From an uncultured Gemmatimonadaceae bacterium (GTDB lineage: Bacteria > Gemmatimonadota > Gemmatimonadetes > Gemmatimonadales > Gemmatimonadaceae), in the NCBI GenBank assembly GCA_963761305.1, contig CAVXGK010000002.1, positions 2,592,001 to 2,656,000 on the forward strand: DNA of 64,000 nucleotides. Direction: 5' to 3'. The position numbers and the translations under genes are program-made. The notes beneath the pieces are model-generated. The model did not search any database. It saw nothing but the letters and a program-made list of their open reading frames with translations, and was not told the DNA's origin. Positions 29,021 through 37,134 of this stretch are shown here, in pieces; positions within the stretch are counted from its first letter, which is position 1; every line of letters starts with the position of its first letter.

Positions 29021-29911
29021 ATGGCGCCCATCCCTCCGCCGCGCGCATCCGGTTTCACGACGACGACGCCGGTGCCGCTCTATTGGGTCGAGTATGGTCC
29101 GGCCGACGCGCCGCCGCTGCTCGTGCTGCACGGCGGTCCCGGCGCGAGTCACGACTACTTACTGCCCCAAATGCTCGACCTCGCCGGGGACTATCGCCTG
29201 ATCTTCTATGATCAGCGCGGCGGCGGGCAGTCGAAGGCCACCGACCGGTCGCCGGTCACCTGGCGGACGCAGGTCGCCGACGTCGACGCGGTGATTCAAG
29301 AGTTCTCGCTCGACCCGGCGACGATCGTCGGCTACTCGTGGGGTGGGCTGCTCGCGATGCTGTTCGCGATCGAGTCGGCGGCCGGCCGAACGAAGAGTCG
29401 TGTCGCGAAGCTCGTCTTGCTCGACCCGGCGCCGGTGAACGCTGAACTGCGCCGGGAATTCGAAGCCGAGTTCGCGCGCCGGCAGAACACCGATACGGTG
29501 ACGCGGCTTCGCGAGGAGCTGGCGGCGAGCGGGCTGCGGAAGAGCGACCCCGACGCGCATCGCCAACGGGCGTTCGAGCTGAGCGTCGCCGGATATTTCG
29601 CCGACCCGACGGCGGCGCACGACCTGACGCCGTTTCGCGTCATGGCGCGGATTCAGGACTCCGTCTGGGAAAGCCTGCGGGACTACGACCTCACGCGCCG
29701 CAAGCAGTTGGAAACGGTCCATGTGCCCGCGCTGGTCGTCCACGGCCGGCAAGACCCGATTCCGCTCGAGTCGTCGGAGCTGGTCGCGCGAGCCCTCCAT
29801 GCCCCCCTGGTCGTCATCGACGGGGCTGGACACGTTCCATATGTTGAACAGCCCGCCGAAATGTTCGCCGCCATTCGGTCTTTCCTGTCTTCCCCCTCGA
29901 AGCCCACCTGA
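29021..29911 (+). CDS. Alpha/beta hydrolase (proline iminopeptidase-like)
   Basis: LHGGPG, YDQRGGG, GYSWGG nucleophile elbow, G.QD, AGH. Confidence 0.85.
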   Translation: MAPIPPPRASGFTTTTPVPLYWVEYGPADAPPLLVLHGGPGASHDYLLPQMLDLAGDYRLIFYDQRGGGQSKATDRSPVTWRTQVADVDAVIQEFSLDPATIVGYSWGGLLAMLFAIESAAGRTKSRVAKLVLLDPAPVNAELRREFEAEFARRQNTDTVTRLREELAASGLRKSDPDAHRQRAFELSVAGYFADPTAAHDLTPFRVMARIQDSVWESLRDYDLTRRKQLETVHVPALVVHGRQDPIPLESSELVARALHAPLVVIDGAGHVPYVEQPAEMFAAIRSFLSSPSKPT

Positions 29912-29948
29912 GCGGCGAGCCCTGCCCCCGCCACCCGCGTCGCCCCGC

Positions 29949-30401
29949 ATGCCGCACGATCCGAATACTCAGCCGTTCATCGGAACGATCGAGACAGCGG
30001 GCCGCCGATACCAGGTGACCTGTCGCGTCGCTTTCGACGGCGTGGAATACGTCGGCCGCTTGTGGTTTTCCGAAGAGGACTGGGACGACGCCGGTCTCCC
30101 CGATCGCGGAATGATTCCCGGCAAGAGCCGCGAAGACGTTCTTGCGCAGGCCCGCGAGTTTTCCGATGAGCAGCTCCTCCTGCGCTATCGCCGTGCCCTG
30201 TCCGACAAGCGCCGGTATCTCAAGCTTCGCCGGGACACCGACGAGATCCTGACGAAGATCCGCTACCTCAACCAGATCGCGACGTCGGTGCGCAACGGCC
30301 TGCTCGACGAGGACGGCGCCAACCAGGAGATCGATCTCACCGAGCACCAGCTCCACGAGTGCATTCAGCGCCTCCGCGACGACGCGGGCCTGGAAGAGTG
30401 A
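29949..30401 (+). CDS. Hypothetical protein
   Basis: Good codon usage from MPHDPNT; stop overlaps the nth start (GTGA). Confidence 0.7.
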   Translation: MPHDPNTQPFIGTIETAGRRYQVTCRVAFDGVEYVGRLWFSEEDWDDAGLPDRGMIPGKSREDVLAQAREFSDEQLLLRYRRALSDKRRYLKLRRDTDEILTKIRYLNQIATSVRNGLLDEDGANQEIDLTEHQLHECIQRLRDDAGLEE

Positions 30402-31075
30402 GACGCGTGCCCGCGACCGCCGCCAAGCGGCGACGTGCACGGAGTGCGACTCCGGAACGAGCCCGTGAGATCTACGAGCGTCTCATCGAGCACTATCCGG
30501 ACGCGCATTGCGCCCTCGATTTCAAGTCGCCGTTCCAACTGCTCATCGCCACGATCTTGAGCGCGCAGTGCACGGACAAGCGCGTCAACATGGTCACGCC
30601 CGCCCTCTTCAAGCGCTACCGCACGCCGGCGGCACTCGCCGCGGCCAACCCCGAAGAGCTCGAGGAGATCATCAAGTCCACCGGATTCTTCCGGAACAAG
30701 ACCAAGAGTCTGCTCGGTATGTCCAACGCCGTCGATGAGCAGCACCGTGGAAGGGTGCCCGATTCGATGGACGAGTTGGTGAAGCTGCCGGGCGTGGGCC
30801 GAAAGACGGCGAACGTCATCCTCGGAAATGCGTTTGACAAGAATGAAGGCGTGGTCGTCGACACGCACGTGGGACGCGTGAGCAAGCGGCTCGGGCTCAC
30901 GAAGCAGACGGATCCGGTGAAGGTCGAGCGGGATTTGATGAAGCTCTTTCCGAACGACCGGTGGACGATGCTGTCCCACCTGCTGATCGAGCACGGCCGG
31001 CGCATTTGCGAAGCGCGACGTCCCAAATGCGAGGCGTGCTTTCTCTCCGACATCTGTCCGTCTTCGACCGTCTAG
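30398..31075 (+). CDS. nth: Endonuclease III
   Basis: LLIATILSAQCTD, LPGVGRKTAN, VDTHV, Fe-S motif C-x6-C-x2-C-x5-C. Confidence 0.95.
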   Translation: MRRVPATAAKRRRARSATPERAREIYERLIEHYPDAHCALDFKSPFQLLIATILSAQCTDKRVNMVTPALFKRYRTPAALAAANPEELEEIIKSTGFFRNKTKSLLGMSNAVDEQHRGRVPDSMDELVKLPGVGRKTANVILGNAFDKNEGVVVDTHVGRVSKRLGLTKQTDPVKVERDLMKLFPNDRWTMLSHLLIEHGRRICEARRPKCEACFLSDICPSSTV

Positions 31076-31101
31076 GAACTCGAATTCACATACCTGCACC
31101 C

Positions 31102-31590
31102 ATGACGATGCGGCTTCTGCTCCTCCTTGTCGCGGCCGGCGCGTTGGCCGCGTGCTCGTCGTCTCCGCCCCCGGAGGCCGACATCACACCCGTGGTCGTG
31201 AAGGACACGGCGCGGCCCGGCTCGCTGCCGGTCGCTGCCGGCGACTGCGCCGAGGCGCTTCGACGCGCCGTCGACAAACCGGACCTCGTCGTCGACGAGC
31301 TCCCGACGCTCGTCACGGCGAAGCCCGCGCCGCTCCAACACCCGCCGCGCACCGCCCTCCGCAAGGATGGCAGCGCCGAGGTCAAGATCGACGTCGTCAT
31401 CGACACGCTCGGCAAAGCGGACATGAAGACCTTCAAGGTCGTGGCCACGTCGAGCCCGTGGCTCGCCACCAACGTGAAGAGCGTCATCGCGAAATGGACG
31501 TTCACGCCGGCGCAGCTCGCCGGGTGCAAAGTCCCTCGCGTCTACCATTTTTACGCGTCCGCGCCGCCGCGCACAAAATCCGGGGACTGA
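31102..31590 (+). CDS. Lipoprotein with TonB C-terminal-like domain
   Basis: Lipobox LAAC; V.IDVVIDTLG...WTFTPA..GCKV resembles TonB_C. Confidence 0.6.
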   Translation: MTMRLLLLLVAAGALAACSSSPPPEADITPVVVKDTARPGSLPVAAGDCAEALRRAVDKPDLVVDELPTLVTAKPAPLQHPPRTALRKDGSAEVKIDVVIDTLGKADMKTFKVVATSSPWLATNVKSVIAKWTFTPAQLAGCKVPRVYHFYASAPPRTKSGD

Positions 31591-31603
31591 CTAGCTTCTA
31601 CCC

Positions 31604-32065
31604 ATGTCGAAAACCGCCACCTTCGAAACCAACAAAGGCAAAATCGTCGCCGAGCTGTTCGAGAAGGACGCTCCGAACACGGTCGCCAACTTCGAGAAGC
31701 TCGCCAACGACGGCTTCTATGACGGCGTGAAGTTCCACCGCGTGATCGCGGACTTCGTCGTGCAGGGCGGCGATCCGCTCTCGCGCGACCTCCCGGCCGG
31801 CGACCGCCGCATCGGCACGGGCGGACCGGGCTACAAGATCAAGTGCGAAACCGCGGGCAATCCGCACAAGCACGAAGTCGGTGCGCTCTCGATGGCGCAC
31901 GCAGGCAAGGACACCGGCGGCAGCCAGTTCTTCATGGTGCTCAGCGAGGAGAACACGCGGCACCTGAACGGCGTCCACACAGTGTTCGGCAAGATCTCGA
32001 GCGGTCTCGACGTGATGAAGCAGATCAAGCCGAACGACGTCATGAACTCCGTGCGCGTCGCCTGA
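31604..32065 (+). CDS. ppiB: Cyclophilin-type peptidyl-prolyl isomerase
   Basis: [41 protein letters not shown]. Confidence 0.92.
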   Translation: MSKTATFETNKGKIVAELFEKDAPNTVANFEKLANDGFYDGVKFHRVIADFVVQGGDPLSRDLPAGDRRIGTGGPGYKIKCETAGNPHKHEVGALSMAHAGKDTGGSQFFMVLSEENTRHLNGVHTVFGKISSGLDVMKQIKPNDVMNSVRVA

Positions 32066-32088
32066 CGGCGCGCGCCTCAACCATCGCC

Positions 32089-32277
32089 ATGGCACACGAC
32101 CCCCACGACCACCACGATCACGCGCACGAAGATCACACGTTCGGCTCGGACACCCGAGCCGCGTTCCTTGGCCTGTTCATCGGCGCGATCGTCCTCTTCG
32201 GTCTCGTGCGCACGATCATCGCGTTGACGAACGCCAAGTACGCGAACGAACGACCCGCGCCCGAAGCAACGAAGTAA
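32089..32277 (+). CDS. Small single-TM protein with His-rich N-terminus (62 aa)
   Basis: MAHDPHDHHDHAHEDH followed by one hydrophobic helix. Confidence 0.65.
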   Translation: MAHDPHDHHDHAHEDHTFGSDTRAAFLGLFIGAIVLFGLVRTIIALTNAKYANERPAPEATK

Positions 32278-32290
32278 AGCGAGCGTTTCG

Positions 32291-32542
32291 AAACTGGTTT
32301 GCCGCAGAGGCGCGGAGAACGGCCACAGAGGCGCAGAGAACGGCCGCCGAGGGCGTCGATGCGCCACGAGCCGGGATTTTTTGGAACTGACGCTCGGGAA
32401 GCACTGGTGCTGGGGAGCGACGTTCCGCCGCAACGTGGCACCCCGAGCGGCTTCAACAAAAAACATCCCGGCTCGTTGCGCGACGGACTCGATCCTCTGC
32501 GGCCGTTCTCTGCGTCTCTGCGCCTCTGCGGTAAAGCAGTTC
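32291..32542. repeat. Nested palindromic intergenic element, copy 1 (REP/REPIN/MITE-like)
   Basis: Terminal aactg...cagtt; arms cgcagagaacggccgc/gcggccgttctctgcg, acgagccgggat/atcccggctcgt, cgctcggg/cccgagcg. Confidence 0.8.
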
Positions 32543-32576
32543 TGGGCCAGCGCCCCGAAACCGGCCTCGCGCCGCC

Positions 32577-33392
32577 CTACAGGTGTCTTAGAAACCGCTC
32601 CGGCCCATTCAGGAAATCGCGCGTGATCACCACGTGCTCCAATTCGTCGAACGGCACCGCTTCGACCGGTGCGCGGTCGCACGAATAGATCAGCGCCCCG
32701 GGAAAGCCGAGCAGAATCGGCGAGTGCGTCGCGATGATGAACTGCGAGTCCTGCGCGACCATGTCGCGGATCATCGCGATCAGCGCGAGTTGGCTCTGCG
32801 GCGACAGCGGCGCCTCGGGCTCGTCGAGCAAATAGAGTCCGCCCGGCACGAAGCGCGACTGGAAGAGTTTGAGAAAGCTCTGACCGTGTGAGTTGGCGTC
32901 GAGATCGATGCCGTAGCGCCGTTGCATGTCCGCCAACGACGATGCGACCGGTCCCCTGGCCAGCCCCTTCGCTTTTTCCGAGCGCTCCGCGAACTCGACG
33001 TCGATCTCGGCGAGCCGGGCCTGCAGTTCCGCGCGCTCGCGCGACAGCGCCTTGGTGAATCCGAAAAAATCTTCGGCGCGCAGGAAAAAGCCGCGAAACG
33101 CCCGGCGGTCCCACGTCAGCTTGAGCGATTTGCCCAGGAACCGCTGCGCCGCGAGCGTCTCGTCGCGCTCCACGCTCATGCTGCCGACGGCCGGCAGGCC
33201 CGCCGCGACCGCGATCCCTTCGAGCAAGGTGGATTTGCCGGATCCGTTTTCGCCGACCAGGAACGTGACCGGCCGGTCGACCCGGAGAACCGGCAGGGTC
33301 CGAATGACCGGTACGGTGTAGGGGAACCGGTCGGCCGCCGCTTCGGGGATCCTGCGAAGCTCGACCGACCGAAGGTGGTGGGCGGGGGCCAT
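32577..33392 (-). CDS. Stand-alone ABC/AAA-type predicted ATPase
   Basis: Walker A GENGSGKST, FFLRAE, SHGQSF, Walker B LYLLDEPE, IIATHSP. Confidence 0.85.
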   Translation of the reverse strand: MAPAHHLRSVELRRIPEAAADRFPYTVPVIRTLPVLRVDRPVTFLVGENGSGKSTLLEGIAVAAGLPAVGSMSVERDETLAAQRFLGKSLKLTWDRRAFRGFFLRAEDFFGFTKALSRERAELQARLAEIDVEFAERSEKAKGLARGPVASSLADMQRRYGIDLDANSHGQSFLKLFQSRFVPGGLYLLDEPEAPLSPQSQLALIAMIRDMVAQDSQFIIATHSPILLGFPGALIYSCDRAPVEAVPFDELEHVVITRDFLNGPERFLRHL

Positions 33393-33542
33393 CCGGGAAT
33401 GCTACTCCCGCGCGGCCGATGGCTCCAAGCTCCAGTTCCGGAACTCCCCCTCCCCGCTGATCGACCCGCCGTAAAGGCGGGATATGGTCCGGAGCGATGG
33501 GGTTGGAGCCCAAGGAGCCTTTCCGCGTGGTAATATTGAAGG

Positions 33543-34208
33543 ATGACCCCCACCGAAAACGCCGGTTCGTCCCCTACTCTGCCGTCCCGGGACGAAGCCT
33601 TGGCGCTGGTGCACGAATACACGGCCAGTGAATCCCTGCGAAAGCACATGCTGGCCGTCGAGGCTGCCATGCGGGCCTACGCCGGCCAGTACGGCGAGGA
33701 CCCCCAGCGTTGGGGGCTGGCCGGGCTGATTCACGACTTCGACTATGAAAGATTTCCGAACGCGTCGCGCTCGCCGGGCAACGAGCATCCGTCGTCAGGT
33801 GTCGCCATCCTCCGCGAGCGCGGCTGGCCAAGCGACATCCTCGACGCGGTGATGGGACACGCGGCGTACACCGGCGTCGCGCGGGAGACGCGGATGGCAA
33901 GGGCGCTGTTCGCCGTCGACGAGCTGACGGGACTGATCACCGCGACCGCACTCGTCAAACCGACGAAGAGCGTGCACGATGTGGACGCCCGGTCGGTCAT
34001 GAAAAAGATGAAGGACAAAACGTTCGCCAAGGGCGTGAGCCGCGAGGACGTCACGGTGGGCGCGCAGGAGTTGGGCGTCGATCTCGAACAGCACACGCAG
34101 TTCGTGATCGGCGCGATGCGCGGCGTCGCCGGGCCGCTCGGCCTCGCTGGAACGCCCGCGACTCCCGCTGCACCTACGGCGTCACCCGCCGAGGAGCCGG
34201 CCCGCTGA
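33543..34208 (+). CDS. HD/HDIG domain phosphohydrolase
   Basis: LRKH, GLIHDFD, H...G, GH, AVDELTGL, F.KGVSRE. Confidence 0.85.
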   Translation: MTPTENAGSSPTLPSRDEALALVHEYTASESLRKHMLAVEAAMRAYAGQYGEDPQRWGLAGLIHDFDYERFPNASRSPGNEHPSSGVAILRERGWPSDILDAVMGHAAYTGVARETRMARALFAVDELTGLITATALVKPTKSVHDVDARSVMKKMKDKTFAKGVSREDVTVGAQELGVDLEQHTQFVIGAMRGVAGPLGLAGTPATPAAPTASPAEEPAR

Positions 34209-34274
34209 GCCGGTCCGCAGACCCTTGGGAACTCGTCGATTGCGCGATCAACGTTCACCCGCCACGGGCCGTTT

Positions 34275-34892
34275 ATGAGAGTGGACACCGGCCACGTCCC
34301 GATGACCGCTGCGACCACAATCGAGTTGCCGTTCGGCATGTCGCCGACCACTGACGCCAAGCCGGACGAGCGAGCGCTCGTCGTCGCGGCGCAACGGGGG
34401 TCGAGCGAAGCGTTCGCTCAGCTCGTCCGGTTGCATCAGCGTCGGGCGTATGCCGTGTGTCGCGCGATCGTGCTCACGCACGAGGACGCGGAGGACGCGG
34501 TTCAGGAAGGATTTCTTCACGCCTTCAAGGCACTGGACCGATTTCTTCCCGATCAGCCGTTCGGCGCGTGGCTCTACCGCATCATGGCCAACGCGTCGCT
34601 GGACCTGGTGCGGCGGCGGAAAGTCCGCGACGCGGACGAGCTGCCGGAAACGGTTCCCATGCCGTTCCGGGATCCGGGTGAGTCGGACGAGCTGCGGCGG
34701 CGTCTCAACGAGGCGTTGACGAAGCTCACTGACCGGCAACGGTCGGTAATCGTTTTACATGATGTAGAAGGTTTCACGCACGGCGAGATTGGCGCGATGT
34801 TGGGGATTCCCGAAGGTACGGCACGATCGGACCTGCATCACGCACGCGCGGCACTGCGCCGCATTCTCGGGGACGTTCGGAGCGATCTATGA
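34275..34892 (+). CDS. ECF (sigma-70 group 4) RNA polymerase sigma factor (start may be 34302 or 34338)
   Basis: Region 2 DAEDAVQE..WLYRI; region 4 EIG.MLG.PEGT.RS.LH.AR. Confidence 0.92.
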   Translation: MRVDTGHVPMTAATTIELPFGMSPTTDAKPDERALVVAAQRGSSEAFAQLVRLHQRRAYAVCRAIVLTHEDAEDAVQEGFLHAFKALDRFLPDQPFGAWLYRIMANASLDLVRRRKVRDADELPETVPMPFRDPGESDELRRRLNEALTKLTDRQRSVIVLHDVEGFTHGEIGAMLGIPEGTARSDLHHARAALRRILGDVRSDL

Positions 34893-35248
34893 GCGACATT
34901 CGGCTTCTTCCAGATGATGACGACGTAGTGCGCGGCTTGCGCGCGATCTACGCCGCGCCGGCGGGTGAGGCCTACTGGAGCGAACTGCAGGCGCGCGTCA
35001 TGTCGCGTGTCGCCGACGTGGAGTTGGGCTGGTGGACCGAACTCGATCGCTGGGCGCGTCCCGCGCTCGCGGCTGCGGCCGTCCTGCTGCTCTCGGCGGG
35101 CGTCGCCATGTTCCGCGCTCACCAGTCCGAGGCGGACATCGCCGCCGATGCGATGTTGTCTTCACCAGCCGTGCCGGTATCGAGTGCGATCCGGCCGGCA
35201 TACCAGGACGATCAGGGCGCGCGGCTGCGCTTCCTGTTCGGCCGCTAG
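34889..35248 (+). CDS. Putative anti-sigma factor (single TM)
   Basis: 4-bp overlap with the ECF gene; short cytoplasmic helix then TM (PALAAAAVLLLSAGVAMF). Confidence 0.6.
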   Translation: MSDIRLLPDDDDVVRGLRAIYAAPAGEAYWSELQARVMSRVADVELGWWTELDRWARPALAAAAVLLLSAGVAMFRAHQSEADIAADAMLSSPAVPVSSAIRPAYQDDQGARLRFLFGR

Positions 35249-35262
35249 ACTCGGAGTTCACC

Positions 35263-35655
35263 ATGCAGCGCTCAAAACAGCAGGCGCTGATGTTCCTGCT
35301 CGGGGCCGTCCTCGTGGGCGGCGCGCTCGGCTTCTCGGCCGACCGTTACCTGGGCCATGAAAGGTTCGCCGCGTCGTACGGTCCGCGGACCAAGTTCTAC
35401 GACGCGATCGGACTCTCCGAGGTGCAGCGCAACACGCTCGACTCGCTCGCCTTCTCCCAGGACTGCGCGATTCGCGCGCTGCTCAAGCCGGAGAAACCCC
35501 AGCTCGACTCGATCCGCGCCACCTTCAAGGCGCAGGTCCGCCGCGTGTTCACGCCTGAACAGCTGCAGAAGTACGACGAGCGAGACGCCGAATTCAAAGC
35601 CCGCCGAGACGCGGAGACGCAGAAGGAGCCGAAGAGAACATGTTCCGCCAATTGA
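35263..35655 (+). CDS. Spy/CpxP-like periplasmic protein
   Basis: N-terminal anchor; LSEVQ and FTPEQ (LTxxQ-like) motifs; GGAG RBS. Confidence 0.6.
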   Translation: MQRSKQQALMFLLGAVLVGGALGFSADRYLGHERFAASYGPRTKFYDAIGLSEVQRNTLDSLAFSQDCAIRALLKPEKPQLDSIRATFKAQVRRVFTPEQLQKYDERDAEFKARRDAETQKEPKRTCSAN

Positions 35656-36971
35656 CGTTGCTGGTGGCCGTGCCGCTGTCGCTGACAGCGCAGACGCCAC
35701 AGCAGACGCCGCAAACGCAGCAGATGGGCGACACCTCGATGCACTCGATTTCGCTCGCCGAGGCGATTCGCCTGGCGAACGACAGAAACGTTTCGAACAT
35801 CATCGCATCGAACGGAGTGCGCTCCGCCACCAATAGCGTGCGCTCGGCGCGAGCGCAGCTGATTCCGCAGGTGATCGCGAGCGCGGGCCAGAGCAAGAGC
35901 TACGGCGATCGCGTCGGACAGAGCAACCAGATCGTCTCGTTCGTCCCCGCCTGGAGCTACAACACCGGGGTCCAGTCCTCGATGACCATTTTCGATGCCG
36001 GCAAGATGTTCGCCGACATCAAGACGGCAAATGCGAACGTCATTGCCGCCGAAGCCGGCGTGGTGAACACCGAGTTCAGCGTCTCGCTGCAGGTGAAGCT
36101 GGCGTACAACTTGATCCTCGCGAACAAGGAATCCGAAGCCGCCGCTCAGGCCCAGCTCGAGGCCGCGAACGTGCAGCTTCAGACCTCCATCGCCAAGGTC
36201 AACGCCGGCGCGGCCAACGTGTCCGACTCGCTCCGCGGCATCGTGCAGGTCGGCACCGCGCAGCTCGCGCTGTTGACGGCGCAGAACGCGTCGCGCACGG
36301 CGGCGGCAGCGCTCACGCGCCTCGTCGGCACGCCGTACTTTGTGACCGCGCAACTGCAGGACACCGTCGAGCGTCCGCCGCAGGCGATCGACAGCGCGCA
36401 GGTGCTCCAGCTCGCGCTGGATGGTCCGGGCATCCGCCAGGAGCAGGCGACGATCGTCGCCAACGAGGCCGCCATTCGCTCGGCCAGGACGGCGTATCTA
36501 CCCACCGTGACAGCCGGATTCAACTTGGGCGGAAGCGGGACATCGGCCATTTACGGATTCAACAGCAATCCGTTCCCGTATACGCGCACGATCAACGTCA
36601 GCCTGAACTATCCGCTCTTCAACCGCTTCACGCGCGAGAACAACATCGCCGCGGCGCAGATCAATCTCGAGAACACGCAGGCCACGCTCAAGGACGACCA
36701 GTTGGCCGCGCAGCAGAACATCCTCACGGCGATCGCCACGATGCGGAACGCCGAAGAGACGATGCGCGTGCAGCAGATCAACGTCGAGGCGAGCCAGGAA
36801 GATCTCCGCGTCCAGCAGCAGCGTTACAACCTCGGCGCCTCGGTTCTGCTCGACGTCCTCAACTCGCAGCTCGAGCTCGTGACGGCGCGGCAGCAACTGA
36901 TCCAGGCACGACTCAACTACCGCAACGCGCGGGCGCAGATCGAGTCCTACATCGGCCGCGACCTCCCGTAA
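35640..36971 (+). CDS. TolC family outer-membrane efflux protein
   Basis: SLAEAI.LA, twofold internal repeat, YLPTV, LNYPLFN, Y.LGA..LLDVL. Confidence 0.88.
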   Translation: MFRQLTLLVAVPLSLTAQTPQQTPQTQQMGDTSMHSISLAEAIRLANDRNVSNIIASNGVRSATNSVRSARAQLIPQVIASAGQSKSYGDRVGQSNQIVSFVPAWSYNTGVQSSMTIFDAGKMFADIKTANANVIAAEAGVVNTEFSVSLQVKLAYNLILANKESEAAAQAQLEAANVQLQTSIAKVNAGAANVSDSLRGIVQVGTAQLALLTAQNASRTAAAALTRLVGTPYFVTAQLQDTVERPPQAIDSAQVLQLALDGPGIRQEQATIVANEAAIRSARTAYLPTVTAGFNLGGSGTSAIYGFNSNPFPYTRTINVSLNYPLFNRFTRENNIAAAQINLENTQATLKDDQLAAQQNILTAIATMRNAEETMRVQQINVEASQEDLRVQQQRYNLGASVLLDVLNSQLELVTARQQLIQARLNYRNARAQIESYIGRDLP

Positions 36972-37000
36972 CGAGGTAGCAGCCGAGTACGAGCTGGGCT

Positions 37001-37033
37001 GGGCGGGGGCCGAAAGCCCCCGCCCCAGTTTTT
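37001..37033 (+). terminator. Intrinsic terminator between tolC-like and macA-like genes
   Basis: gggcgggggc-cgaaa-gcccccgccc stem followed by cagttttt. Confidence 0.75.
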
Positions 37034-37134
37034 ACCCGGCCGCGCATTCAGCGATCTCGCCTTTCCACGCGTACTTCCAGCAGGCAGATTGAACAGCTCG
37101 CGGCCAGACCGCCCGGCCGATAGGAGATATTCAA

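Noticed and set aside
32577..33392. This ATPase as the missing MacB NBD
   Set aside because: Opposite strand, and it has an SHGQ signature with a helical insert of a stand-alone ATPase family rather than the LSGGQ LolD/MacB type
34228..34255. ECF autoregulatory promoter GGAAC...CGTT
   Set aside because: The 19-nt spacer is longer than typical for ECF promoters
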